DNA of 64,000 nucleotides. Origin: an uncultured Solirubrobacterales bacterium (lineage in GTDB: Bacteria; Actinomycetota; Thermoleophilia; Solirubrobacterales; Solirubrobacteraceae). Under the pieces are notes generated by a model, which worked only from the letters and a program-made list of their open reading frames with translations, did no database searches and was not told where the DNA came from. The position numbers were made by a program, and so were the translations under genes. Positions 49,602 through 59,108 of the stretch are shown piece by piece (positions within the stretch are counted from its first letter, which is position 1; each line of letters starts with the position of its first letter). The stretch covers positions 37,946 through 101,945 of the forward strand of contig CAVUSE010000009.1 of the NCBI GenBank assembly GCA_963744135.1. Direction: 5' to 3'.

Positions 49602-49999
49602 ACCTCTACCTCGACGCGAGCGCGCTGGTCAAGCGCTATGTCGCTGAGCCCGGCAGCGACACCGTCCGCGACGCGATGGACCGCGCCGACGGCTGGTTCA
49701 TGTGTCGTGTCGGCTTCGTGGAGACCGTCCGCGCCGTTGGCCTGAGCGCAGGCCAGGCGGCCGCCAAGACCGTGCGCGATGAGTGGCCCGCGTTCGCGGC
49801 GATTGAGGTGGACCAACTCCTGGCCGAGGATGCCGCCAAGCTCGCGATCGAACGCGAACTGCGCAGCCTGGACGCCCTGCACCTCGCCGCGGCCTTGATG
49901 CTCCCCCGGGACGATCTCCTCCTCGCCACCTGGGATCGCCGCCTCCACGCGGCTGCCGGTGTCGAAGGGCTCGCGCTCATTCCAGCAAGGCTCGACTGA
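49598..49999 (+). CDS. vapC: VapC PIN-domain toxin, apparent CTG start overlapping the antitoxin stop
   Basis: LYLDASALVKRY at 49604 onward, LRSLDALHLAAA, TWDRRL. Confidence 0.88.
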   Translation: MNLYLDASALVKRYVAEPGSDTVRDAMDRADGWFMCRVGFVETVRAVGLSAGQAAAKTVRDEWPAFAAIEVDQLLAEDAAKLAIERELRSLDALHLAAALMLPRDDLLLATWDRRLHAAAGVEGLALIPARLD

Positions 50000-50033
50000 G
50001 ATGGTCCTCCCCGCCGGCTCGGTGGATTGAGCC

Positions 50034-50990
50034 TCAGCGCGTGGTGGTCTCGGCCTGGCGGCTGATCGTGCGCTCGACGTCGCGGCCCTTGGCCGTGAGC
50101 TGCCAGGCGTTCGGTTCGCCGCGGGCGTGGCCCTCGCCGACGTTCTCGATCAGGCCGAGGCGCTCGAGGCGTACGAGCAGCTTTGAGATCTGGCCCTGGT
50201 CCGCGACGCCGGCCGCATCGGAGACCTCGCGGTTGCTCGCGCCCGGCACGGTGGCGATCGCGACGAGGACCCTGACCGTGCGGTAGGTCAGGCGCATCTC
50301 CAGGTCCCTGAGCGGGTCGGCGACGGGCGGCGCGACACGTTTGCGCCGGGGAGTCGGGCGCCGTGTCTCGCGCTCGGCGACCTCTCGGCCCTGGTAGGGC
50401 AGCACGATCAACCCCATCAACGGGCCGAGCAGACCCACCATCGGCCGCGCCTCAGGCTCAACCAGGCGCGCGTGCAGAACCGCCAAGACCGCGCCGACGA
50501 TCCCCTCCGCCGTGAACCGCTTCACCCCCGCTGCCGCGTTCGGCTCACGCCGACCCCTGTCCACCGCATCGATCAGAACCCCGACCACGCGCGCGCGACG
50601 CTCCAGTGCGATCGGGCCCGCGCCGAGCGCGTCGACGATCGCCAGGCGCCCCAGACCCGGCTCGTCGTCGAGGAACTCCAGCAGCGCCCGCAGCCCAGCG
50701 CGCATCCGCTCAAGCCAGCCGTCGGCCTCCTCGAACGCCGGGACCACCCGCCCGGTGGCCTGCTCGACCGCCTGGTCAAACACGGCGAGAAAGCAGTCCT
50801 CGCGGTCGCTGAACAGTTCGTAGAACGTGCGCCGCGAGACACCCGAGCGGGCGACGACGTGCGCGACCGTCGAACGCGCCACACCCCGCTCCGCTACCAC
50901 CTCGACCATCGCGGTGATGATCCTCGCCCGCTGCAGGCTGACCACGTCGCCGCGGCCGTTCACCACCCCGGGCAGGGTGGGGACGGACAT
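50034..50990 (-). CDS. TetR/AcrR regulator with C-terminal MarR-like winged helix
   Basis: QRARII.AM..VAERG..TVA.VVARSGVSRRTFYELF; SNREVSDAAG..GQISKLL.RLE..WQLT.KG. Confidence 0.9.
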   Translation of the reverse strand: MSVPTLPGVVNGRGDVVSLQRARIITAMVEVVAERGVARSTVAHVVARSGVSRRTFYELFSDREDCFLAVFDQAVEQATGRVVPAFEEADGWLERMRAGLRALLEFLDDEPGLGRLAIVDALGAGPIALERRARVVGVLIDAVDRGRREPNAAAGVKRFTAEGIVGAVLAVLHARLVEPEARPMVGLLGPLMGLIVLPYQGREVAERETRRPTPRRKRVAPPVADPLRDLEMRLTYRTVRVLVAIATVPGASNREVSDAAGVADQGQISKLLVRLERLGLIENVGEGHARGEPNAWQLTAKGRDVERTISRQAETTTR

Positions 50991-51054
50991 CGCCTCCGCC
51001 CGTGCGGGCACTACATCACCCTTGGCCCCAGGAGGTTGACTGACGGCACTGGCC

Positions 51055-54024
51055 TCATCGCCTCTTCTTCGCCCGCTTCGCCTTCTTCGCGTGCTTGCGC
51101 TTGTGGGATGCCTTCTTCGCCTTCTTCTGCTTCGGGCAGCCGGTGACGGAGATCTTCGTTTCCTGGTTGATCTTCAGCCCGTTCTGCCCGGTGATTTCCG
51201 TAGGCATCAACAGCTTCCCGGCCGCCGCGGCCTGGCAGAGGTTCCCGTTCACGCTGAGCGCCGGGTATTCCCGTTTCGGCAGTTCCAGTTCGAAGGTCGC
51301 GAACGGCACATCCGGGACCGTCGCGAACGTCGCGGTCGTGATCCCCGCTTTGCTGATGAACGTTTCCCCATGCACCTGCACCGTCACACCATCCTCACCG
51401 ACCAGGACCATAATCAGTTCCGGGTACTTCGCGCCACCATGGGACACGAAATACGCCGGGCCCTTCAGCCCACCTTCCAAGACCGGCGTCGTGACGTGCG
51501 CTTCCCCGACCCGCGAAGCGACCGGGCAGTTCGCGGGGTTTTCCGCGAACACCTTTTCCGTGCACGCCTTCTGCAACGTTTTCAACGGCGAGGGGAGCTG
51601 TTTGGGTAGCGACACCTTGACCTCTTTGACGTTCGCTTTCGTACCCTGCGCCCCAGCGGGAAGCGTCAACCGCACGTGCAACGTCGCGCCTTCGGTCCTA
51701 GAGGTCTTCTCTTCCGTCGAGACCGCGAATTCCGGCTTGAACGACAGCGACCCACAGTTCGTGACCTGAAACGGAGAAGCCACATTCGCGGTCGCGCCTT
51801 CGCTGCTTTCAAGCTCCCCCGTCAGCCTCATCGGTTCGCAACTGGTCGGGTTGAATACGAACCCCGGACGGTTCACCGTCACGTTGATGTGCTGCAACTG
51901 CAACGGGATACCATCCAGAATCGTCGGGAACGCATCGCTCACGACCGTCAGCTGCGCCGTCGTCGGATCCACCTCCACCTTCGAACGCACCACCTCCGTC
52001 CCGAGGTTGAACGGGCCCGCCACAGCGGGAACGACCACATCCACACCGAATGGGGCACCCTCATACGGCCCAGTGATGTACGCCTTGCCGTCTTCGACCG
52101 AGTAGGGGTCCCCACCCAGGCCGGCACTCGCGATCACCGTCCCGATTTGGCTTCCCGCCGGGCATTCCCCGCTCGCCGCCTGAGGTTCCTCACACAGCTT
52201 CACGCCCTGCAGCCCCGCGGAGATGCCCGGCGGAAACACCACATTCAGCCTTCCCAGCGCCTGGTCGGCATCGGGGCGGGTCATCGTCATCGTCAACGTG
52301 CTGTACGCGCCCGCCTGGATGTTCGTCGTGCCGGCCTCGAACCCCGGCTGAAACGGACGCGGGCTCGAGCACGGCGTGCCGGCGGGACCCGAGGTGATCT
52401 GGAACTTCGAGGACGGGGTCACCGCCGGGGTGCCCGACCACGGTTCAAAAGACGTTGCCGTCGTATACGTCCCGCACAGCGCCGGGGTGCTCAACGGCGC
52501 CCTCGCCGTCCCGAAGAAGTCGAGCTTGAAGTCCGTGAATGGGAACTCCGGCGTTTCCGTGAACGTCGTCACGATCTGCCCCGTCACCGGATCCAACGAC
52601 ACCTGCCCCGCGACCTTCACAAGCACCCCCGCAACAGGATCTTCCGCGACCACATACAACGCGATCAACGACCCGAACGGGTTTTCATCCTGCGTCGCCA
52701 GATACGCATAGCCCGTCAACGCCTCCGGCAACAGCGGCGTGGTCACTTCGACGGTGCCGACCTTCGACGCTTCCGGACACGTCGGCTTTTCCGCGGTATG
52801 CAACCCGATCTGCAGCGGGGAGCACGCCTGCAGCCCATCGGCGGCACCGGGGCTGATCTGCACCCCTTCGGGCAGCGTGACCGTCGTGTTCTTCACGTTG
52901 GCCTCCGCCAACCCCGCCGGGTTCAACGTCGCTTCCTGCGGCGTATGCAGATCGACGTTCAACCCCGTCGGAGTGCTCCCCCCCGTCCCGTCCGGGGTGA
53001 CCTTGATCGTTGGGCTGAAATCGAGTTTTTCGCAGCCCTCCAGCTCCGGCATCGAGACGCTCCGCTTCCTGATGCCGCTGAAGTCGCCCGGTTCCTCCCA
53101 TGAGTCCACGCTCACCGTCGCGGTGCGCGGGACCCCGCACGACGTCGGGTTCGTCAACAACGGCAGCTTCGGTGCCTGTGACGCACACCCACCCGTCTCT
53201 TCGCTCTCTTCGTTCGGCGCAACCAGAACATTATCATTTGCACCGAACAATTCTTCGTACTTGCCGATCGGGCCTTCCAGTTCGTCTTCGCCTTCACGAA
53301 GCCCGTAACGAGGCTTTTCGAAAAGACCGGCCTCCCCAAGGACTTCGTCCACGCATTCTCCGCGGACCAGATTGTGGCTCGGGTCGGCAGGCACGCCCCA
53401 GATCGTCACCTTCGCCGCCTCGATCAGCACAGCCTGGCTGAGATCAGACACATTGACCGTCAGACCGTAATCCCCGCCCGTCCGAACCGACACACTCAGG
53501 AACACGGGCACCGTGTTCACCGCCATGTACGCGAACTCAGCCGCGACACCCGTCGGCGGAACCAAATTATAAACCGGGTTGGTCGTAGGGACCACTTCCG
53601 CACGACCCGCCTGCCCGACGAAGGTGCTCGCGATCCCGACCGCCGTTTCGTTCGGACACCGAGGGCCACGTTCTCCATATTGCCTGACAAATTCCTGGTA
53701 GCTGCAACGCGGAGTTGCGCTCGGGTCCCCAAAGAACCCGGGTGGCAGTTCAACCCTGGTGTCCTTGAGATCGCCTTCCGGACGAACTTGAGTTACATGA
53801 CCGAACAAGCCCTCGCCCGGCGGCTGGTTCAACACGAAGGTCGTCGTCAACGCGTACGGGTGGGACCCGGCCTGCACATCGGGCGAGCCATTCTGGTTCG
53901 TCACCCCAACCGCGGCGCGCTGCAACCCGAATTCCGCCAGCGCGGGAGCCGCCGTGAACGCGAGCGCGACGAGCAGCGACACCAGGGTCACGAGGGGAAG
54001 CTTCAACGAGATACGCATGATCAC
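51055..54024 (-). CDS. large secreted Cys-rich beta protein (989 aa) with internal repeats and a K/R/H-rich C-terminal tail
   Basis: Signal peptide (APALA); repeated LPxG..C..C / NPTSC modules; tail GCPKQKKAKKASHKRKHAKKAKRAKKRR. Confidence 0.85.
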   Translation of the reverse strand: MIMRISLKLPLVTLVSLLVALAFTAAPALAEFGLQRAAVGVTNQNGSPDVQAGSHPYALTTTFVLNQPPGEGLFGHVTQVRPEGDLKDTRVELPPGFFGDPSATPRCSYQEFVRQYGERGPRCPNETAVGIASTFVGQAGRAEVVPTTNPVYNLVPPTGVAAEFAYMAVNTVPVFLSVSVRTGGDYGLTVNVSDLSQAVLIEAAKVTIWGVPADPSHNLVRGECVDEVLGEAGLFEKPRYGLREGEDELEGPIGKYEELFGANDNVLVAPNEESEETGGCASQAPKLPLLTNPTSCGVPRTATVSVDSWEEPGDFSGIRKRSVSMPELEGCEKLDFSPTIKVTPDGTGGSTPTGLNVDLHTPQEATLNPAGLAEANVKNTTVTLPEGVQISPGAADGLQACSPLQIGLHTAEKPTCPEASKVGTVEVTTPLLPEALTGYAYLATQDENPFGSLIALYVVAEDPVAGVLVKVAGQVSLDPVTGQIVTTFTETPEFPFTDFKLDFFGTARAPLSTPALCGTYTTATSFEPWSGTPAVTPSSKFQITSGPAGTPCSSPRPFQPGFEAGTTNIQAGAYSTLTMTMTRPDADQALGRLNVVFPPGISAGLQGVKLCEEPQAASGECPAGSQIGTVIASAGLGGDPYSVEDGKAYITGPYEGAPFGVDVVVPAVAGPFNLGTEVVRSKVEVDPTTAQLTVVSDAFPTILDGIPLQLQHINVTVNRPGFVFNPTSCEPMRLTGELESSEGATANVASPFQVTNCGSLSFKPEFAVSTEEKTSRTEGATLHVRLTLPAGAQGTKANVKEVKVSLPKQLPSPLKTLQKACTEKVFAENPANCPVASRVGEAHVTTPVLEGGLKGPAYFVSHGGAKYPELIMVLVGEDGVTVQVHGETFISKAGITTATFATVPDVPFATFELELPKREYPALSVNGNLCQAAAAGKLLMPTEITGQNGLKINQETKISVTGCPKQKKAKKASHKRKHAKKAKRAKKRR

Positions 54025-57000
54025 TTACTCCCCTTGTGGTGGGTTGACTTTTTCGCCCTGGGCCTCTTCGACCTCTTCCGCTCGATGCACCTACCGCGGC
54101 TGACCCTCTTCCCTTTCGGGCATCTCACCGTCTTCTTCACACTCTTCTTCGGTGCCGAAGCGAGCGGTGCCAGGGTGGGATTCCCGACACCGGAGAACGT
54201 GGCGCTCGCCGGCGCACCAAACACGGCCGGCTGCGGCGTCGGTGGTGGCTTGCACGAATCGCCGTTATCGCACGGCGGCGAAGCCACCGTCACCGGGAAC
54301 CCACCACCAACCCGCGCGTCCCACACAACCACATTGTTACCCGTATCTTCAGGCAACAACTGATCCGCGGTACCGAAGAACACATTGTCCCCATTCAGAC
54401 CAGCACCGAGGAAAAACGATTCATAGCCGCCCGCCGCATCAGAGATCGCATACGCATGGCCACCCTCGTACTCGTACACGTTCTGGCGACCATCGCTGGC
54501 GTGCGGCACGAGCGCATCGGAGCTATCGAAGAACAGGGCGCCATCTTCAGCGAGAGCACCGGGGCTCGACGGGCCGATCGGCCGCGCCCCGGTTGGATCG
54601 CACGACGCGCATTCCAAACTGCCGGTTTCGGCGTCGTAGAGATACACCTCCTGACACCTACCGCCACACTCACCCGGTTCGGCCTGTTCGTTGTCGTAGC
54701 CCGTCGGGCTCCCATAGGACGTGAACGCCAAATAGACCCCATCGGGCGTCACCACGCTGCTACCGCTGCCCTGTGTCACAATGAACTGCGTCGTCCCACC
54801 GTGCGAGACGTACAGGTTTTCTTCACCGGCGACCGGTTCACGACCCAAACCGTTGCGCAGAGTCGCTCCACCGGCACCCTGCAGGACACCCTTGGCGAGG
54901 AAGTAGACGTATGAGCCGTCTTCTGAGATCTGCGCCACACTCTGCACCGTGCCAGCCAGAGCCGTCACCTGACCCGATTCCACATCGTACTCGTGCAGCT
55001 CTTCACCTTCGCTGAAGAACGCCTTCGAGCCATCCATGCTCGCACCCCAGAAACTCGCTTCGCCACTCGACACCGCGACCGTGCACGCCATCGCCACTTC
55101 AGTGCATTCGCCCCCGACGCCTTCTTTGCTCTGTTCCTGTTCGGCGTTCTCACGCACATACACCCTGCCACTGCTCGTAAAGAAGACACGCGAGCCATCA
55201 GAGGACACTGGATGCAAACCTGCCGTGCTCGCCGGCTCCAAGCTTTTACCATCGTTACCGACGGCTACAGGCAAGACCTTGCTATTCACCCACTCAGACA
55301 ATTCCCCTCCTTCACCGAAAACCACATGACTGAGATCGCTCGATGCACCCAAAGCCCCGAGCAATTGGTAGTTGCTTACCATATACTGATAAGAGTCATT
55401 GGCGAAATTGTCAACGTACAGGCTATCTTCGTACGGCGCAGGAGGAGGAGCTTCGCTGGTCAGCGCAGCATTGGTCATTGCCACCCCCTCCGTAAGTTCC
55501 GGCGTGAAAATCCCCCCCACATAAGGTGAGACGGTGAAGGCTTGGGAGGCATCGTAAGGCGGCGTGATGTCCAAGGTCGACCATCCATCCGGCTGACGAC
55601 GAGAAAGGAACTCGTTATCCCGGCCGCCGCCTTTCGCACCCGCAAACGAGCCACGAGAAGAGTACACAAGCGCTTCACCGGACACTGCCGCAACAGACAC
55701 CCCACTTTCAGGGCCACCCGGATAAAGGAACGAGTCGGTCGCGTCCTGCCCATCCGTTTCGCCCGGCGAGACCATCTCATACGCACGGCAGTCGGGGAGC
55801 CCCGCCCCATAAGGCTGTTCCAACCGGAGTTTTTCGTTTTCGCAATGCTGAGGCCCCGCGGACCCGGGGCCAGCCGGTGTCCTGAGGGTCTGGTCCGCAC
55901 CATCGCTGACACACTGTTTGCCCGTTTCGCATTCGTTGTTCGCCACGACGCGGTAGTGGTAGGTCGTGGCGGACTGCAGACCCGTGATCCTGGCCGTGGC
56001 GGCGTGGGCGGTGTCGTCGGCGCCGATCGACGCGGACTCCGGGGTGCTCTGCCCGTACGCTTCGCTGGTGCCGTATTCGAAGCGGTACGTTGTTTCCGCG
56101 CCCTCGGGGACGATCGCGGCTTCGAGCGTCGCCGCCGTCGCTTCCACGGTCAACGCCGACTCGCTTTCGATCGTTGGCGAGGCGGCGGGGGTCACGAAGG
56201 TGTGGTCTTCCGCGGTCTTGGTTTCGCCGTTTTCGTTTGCGGCGACGAGCCGGTAGTGGTAGACGGTGTGGACCGCCAGGCCGCCGACGTCCGCTTTGAC
56301 GGGCACCCCCGCAGTGCCTTTGCCGATTTCCGTGGCGTCGGGGGCCACGCACGGAGCCGTGCTTCCGTAGCTCGTGGTTTCGCCGTATTCGAATTCGCAC
56401 TTGGTTACGGGCAGCCCTTCGGGGTTGACGGTGCCATTCAGGGTCGCCGAGCCTTTGACCACGTTGCTGGTGCCTTCGGTGGTGGTGTCCGGGAGCACGA
56501 CATCCGCAAAAACCTTGACGGTGTTTGTTGCGTCGTCGGCGACGTACACCGTTTCGGTGGACGGGCTCACCGGGCTCACCGCGATCCCGGCACCGCTGGT
56601 CAGCTCACCCGAGCCGAAGCGTTCGAGCTGCGCGCCACTCGGCGACACTGGGCACGGCGCCGCGCTGGTGCAGCTCGGGGCGGTATCGAACTCCGCGACG
56701 CTCGTCCCGTTGTCGATGTAGACGTCGTTGTCGGACAGGTCCACGGCCGCTCCCGTGGATTCTTCTTCGTCCATGTTTTCCACGAGCACTTCGCCGGCGC
56801 TGTTGAGCTTTAGAAAGTGTCGCGAGAAGCGGTTGGCGTACAGATTGTCTTCGGAGTCCACCGCAAATCCGGGGGACGTCAAGTGCGGTGAGGATCGCTT
56901 CGATTCGAACACGTTCACGAGACCGTCGCTGAAGCTATCGATCTCCTGACTTTCCTGGTAGACCCACAGGGTTCCCTTCGCGTCGACGGCGACGCCACTG

Positions 57001-57470
57001 AGCGTGGTAAATCGCGAGCCCGGTTCGGCTTCTTCGATCCGGCCTTCGTAGACGCCGCTTGCGTTGAACTTGTCGACCATGCCGGCGCCGGGATCGGTTA
57101 CGTAAACGTCTTCTTTGGAGGGATCGAGCGCGCCGCCCGAGTTATCGACCGCGATCGCTTCGGGTTCCACAAACCCCGAGGGCGGAGTGAATTCTTTGAG
57201 GAAGACGCCTTCCCCGGTGAACTCCTGCACACGCTTGTTGCCTTTGTCCACCACATACACATCACCAGTCAAATCATTGACCGCGACACCCGCCGGTTCC
57301 TTGAGCTGACCCGAGACGCACGGCAAACTCGTACAGGCTTCGCCGATCGTCTTGCTGAACACATGCGTCTTCCCCGCGAGCGCTGGGGCGCCCCCAAACA
57401 CCAGGCCACCAATCACCGCACACAACGACACCACGCCAGCCGCGAGCAGCCTACGAATACCTACCGGCAT
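54021..57470 (-). CDS. large secreted protein (1149 aa): NHL repeats, two Fn3-like domains, TolB/WD40-like propeller, basic tail
   Basis: P.GVAV..DVYV.D NHL blades; ATL.G.V.P.G..FEYG..YG..YHYR.VA.N twice; LPDCRAYEMVSP; S.DGS.VFF blades; strong GGAGG RBS. Confidence 0.88.
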   Translation of the reverse strand: MPVGIRRLLAAGVVSLCAVIGGLVFGGAPALAGKTHVFSKTIGEACTSLPCVSGQLKEPAGVAVNDLTGDVYVVDKGNKRVQEFTGEGVFLKEFTPPSGFVEPEAIAVDNSGGALDPSKEDVYVTDPGAGMVDKFNASGVYEGRIEEAEPGSRFTTLSGVAVDAKGTLWVYQESQEIDSFSDGLVNVFESKRSSPHLTSPGFAVDSEDNLYANRFSRHFLKLNSAGEVLVENMDEEESTGAAVDLSDNDVYIDNGTSVAEFDTAPSCTSAAPCPVSPSGAQLERFGSGELTSGAGIAVSPVSPSTETVYVADDATNTVKVFADVVLPDTTTEGTSNVVKGSATLNGTVNPEGLPVTKCEFEYGETTSYGSTAPCVAPDATEIGKGTAGVPVKADVGGLAVHTVYHYRLVAANENGETKTAEDHTFVTPAASPTIESESALTVEATAATLEAAIVPEGAETTYRFEYGTSEAYGQSTPESASIGADDTAHAATARITGLQSATTYHYRVVANNECETGKQCVSDGADQTLRTPAGPGSAGPQHCENEKLRLEQPYGAGLPDCRAYEMVSPGETDGQDATDSFLYPGGPESGVSVAAVSGEALVYSSRGSFAGAKGGGRDNEFLSRRQPDGWSTLDITPPYDASQAFTVSPYVGGIFTPELTEGVAMTNAALTSEAPPPAPYEDSLYVDNFANDSYQYMVSNYQLLGALGASSDLSHVVFGEGGELSEWVNSKVLPVAVGNDGKSLEPASTAGLHPVSSDGSRVFFTSSGRVYVRENAEQEQSKEGVGGECTEVAMACTVAVSSGEASFWGASMDGSKAFFSEGEELHEYDVESGQVTALAGTVQSVAQISEDGSYVYFLAKGVLQGAGGATLRNGLGREPVAGEENLYVSHGGTTQFIVTQGSGSSVVTPDGVYLAFTSYGSPTGYDNEQAEPGECGGRCQEVYLYDAETGSLECASCDPTGARPIGPSSPGALAEDGALFFDSSDALVPHASDGRQNVYEYEGGHAYAISDAAGGYESFFLGAGLNGDNVFFGTADQLLPEDTGNNVVVWDARVGGGFPVTVASPPCDNGDSCKPPPTPQPAVFGAPASATFSGVGNPTLAPLASAPKKSVKKTVRCPKGKRVSRGRCIERKRSKRPRAKKSTHHKGSK

Positions 57471-57649
57471 ATCTCCTCCTCCAAAACAGAGGGGAGAGCC
57501 CCTCGATTACGTGACGACGCGCCGAGGGACGCGAATGACGGGCGCACGCGAGGCCCAAGCCGGGCCGCGGCGAACCCACCCCCTATAGGGAACCATGCGA
57601 GACGGCGCAAACGCGCCCGATGAGGGACTTCGGCGGCTAGACCCCTAGC

Positions 57650-57684
<35 letters not shown>

Positions 57685-57908
57685 GACAGCGCCATGCTGG
57701 CGCATCTAGCATCACTCTCTACGTGGGGTGCGATGACCCCTGGCACGTTGATCCCTCTCAAACTCACGCGAAAACCAACTCCCTCACCGAAATGACCCGG
57801 TCCCTCTCCCAAGAATCCCCAAATGCGCTTGATGCCGGCCAGAGAGGCCATGGCCCAAACCCGATCCTATGTATGCCGGCGACCCCGTGGGGACGCCAAG
57901 ACAAGACC

Positions 57909-57937
57909 ACTGTACTCGCCAGTCGCCGAACTGTCAA
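57909..57937 (-). promoter_or_regulatory. near-consensus sigma70 promoter TTGACA-N17-TACAGT directed toward the 57470 start codon
   Basis: Seen directly on the minus strand. Confidence 0.65.
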
Positions 57938-58027
57938 GCCCCCAACTGCAAACTGGTGTTTAGCGCGAGGTCAAAGGCTTGGCGAGGCCGGCGTTGGGGC
58001 GTGCGCGTGAAGCGGCGTCACACGGGG

Positions 58028-58993
58028 TCAGGTCGCGCGCGGGTCGTCGTGCCAATCGACCGGCCCGGCCACCAGCGTGTGGCTCCCGAGCGGCCGGCCG
58101 AGGATCTCCTGGGCGCGCCGGGCACAGGCGATCAGCGCGGGGAGGTCGATGCCGGTCTCGTAGCCCATCTCGTGCAGCATCGAGACCAGGTCCTCGGTGG
58201 CGATGTTGCCGGTCGCGTCGGCGGGGACGGGGCAGCCGCCCAGCTCGCCAAAGCTCGACTCGAAGCTCGTGACCCCGGCCTGCAGCGCGGCGAGCGCGTT
58301 CGCCAAGCCGGCGCCGCGTGTGTTGTGGAAGTGCGCGGTCAGCTCGACGCCGTCGTCGCCCGCGCCGCTTGACCCAAGGCGCTCCCGCGCGAGCGCGAAG
58401 AGCTCTCCCACCTGGCGGGGGTTGGCCATCCCCGTGGTGTCCCCAAAGCCGATCTCCTGGGCGCCCGCGTCGCGCAGGCGGGCCGCTATGTCGAGCACTC
58501 TCTCGGGCGGGATGTGGCCCTCGTAAGGGCACCCAAAGCAGGTGGAGAGAACCGCCTCACAGCGCAGGCCCTCTGCGCGAGCGCGCGCGAGCACGCCCTC
58601 CAGACCGGCGAGGGACTCCGCGATCGAGCGGTTGACGTTCTTACGATTGTGAGTCTCCGAGGCGGAGACGATGACGTTGATCTCGTCGAACGCCGGCCGC
58701 GCGCGCCTCATCCCCTCGCGCAGTGCGAGCGCACGGTCGAGGCCTCGCTCGTTGGGGATCAACACGCTCACCGCGACCCCCTCGGGAATGCTCACGCGCT
58801 CGAGCACCTCCTCGGCGTCGGCCAGCTGCGGGATCACGTCCGCCCGCACGAAGCTCGTCACCTCCAGGCGCCGCAACCCGGTGCGCGCGAGCGCGTCGAT
58901 CAGCTCGACCTTCCGCTCGGTGGGGATCGTCTCAGGCTCGTTCTGGAAGCCGTCGCGCGGGCCCACCTCCCTGATACGGATCGCGTCCCCCAT
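58028..58993 (-). CDS. hydroxymethylglutaryl-CoA lyase
   Basis: EVGPRDGFQNE, FGCPYEG, DTTG, HFHNTRG, GGCP, GNIATEDL. Confidence 0.95.
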   Translation of the reverse strand: MGDAIRIREVGPRDGFQNEPETIPTERKVELIDALARTGLRRLEVTSFVRADVIPQLADAEEVLERVSIPEGVAVSVLIPNERGLDRALALREGMRRARPAFDEINVIVSASETHNRKNVNRSIAESLAGLEGVLARARAEGLRCEAVLSTCFGCPYEGHIPPERVLDIAARLRDAGAQEIGFGDTTGMANPRQVGELFALARERLGSSGAGDDGVELTAHFHNTRGAGLANALAALQAGVTSFESSFGELGGCPVPADATGNIATEDLVSMLHEMGYETGIDLPALIACARRAQEILGRPLGSHTLVAGPVDWHDDPRAT

Positions 58994-59008
58994 CGCTAAT
59001 GCTCATTT

Positions 59009-59104
59009 CTGGGCAGTGCATGCACTGCCCAGCCGGACGGCGCATGCGCCGTCCGGGGCAGGGCCGCATGCGGCCCTGCCGCCATCGCCGCATGCGGCGA
59101 TGGC
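59009..59104. repeat. four abutting perfect 24-bp palindromes with different arms and a common GCATGC core
   Basis: CTGGGCAGTGCATGCACTGCCCAG, CCGGACGGCGCATGCGCCGTCCGG, GGCAGGGCCGCATGCGGCCCTGCC, GCCATCGCCGCATGCGGCGATGGC; checked base by base. Confidence 0.97.
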
Positions 59105-59108
59105 CACA

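Noticed and set aside
57850..57902. GGCCCAAACC..GGGACGCCAAG resembling a c-di-GMP-I riboswitch
   Set aside because: No GAAA tetraloop or P2 pairing, and it is on the opposite strand to the operon leader.
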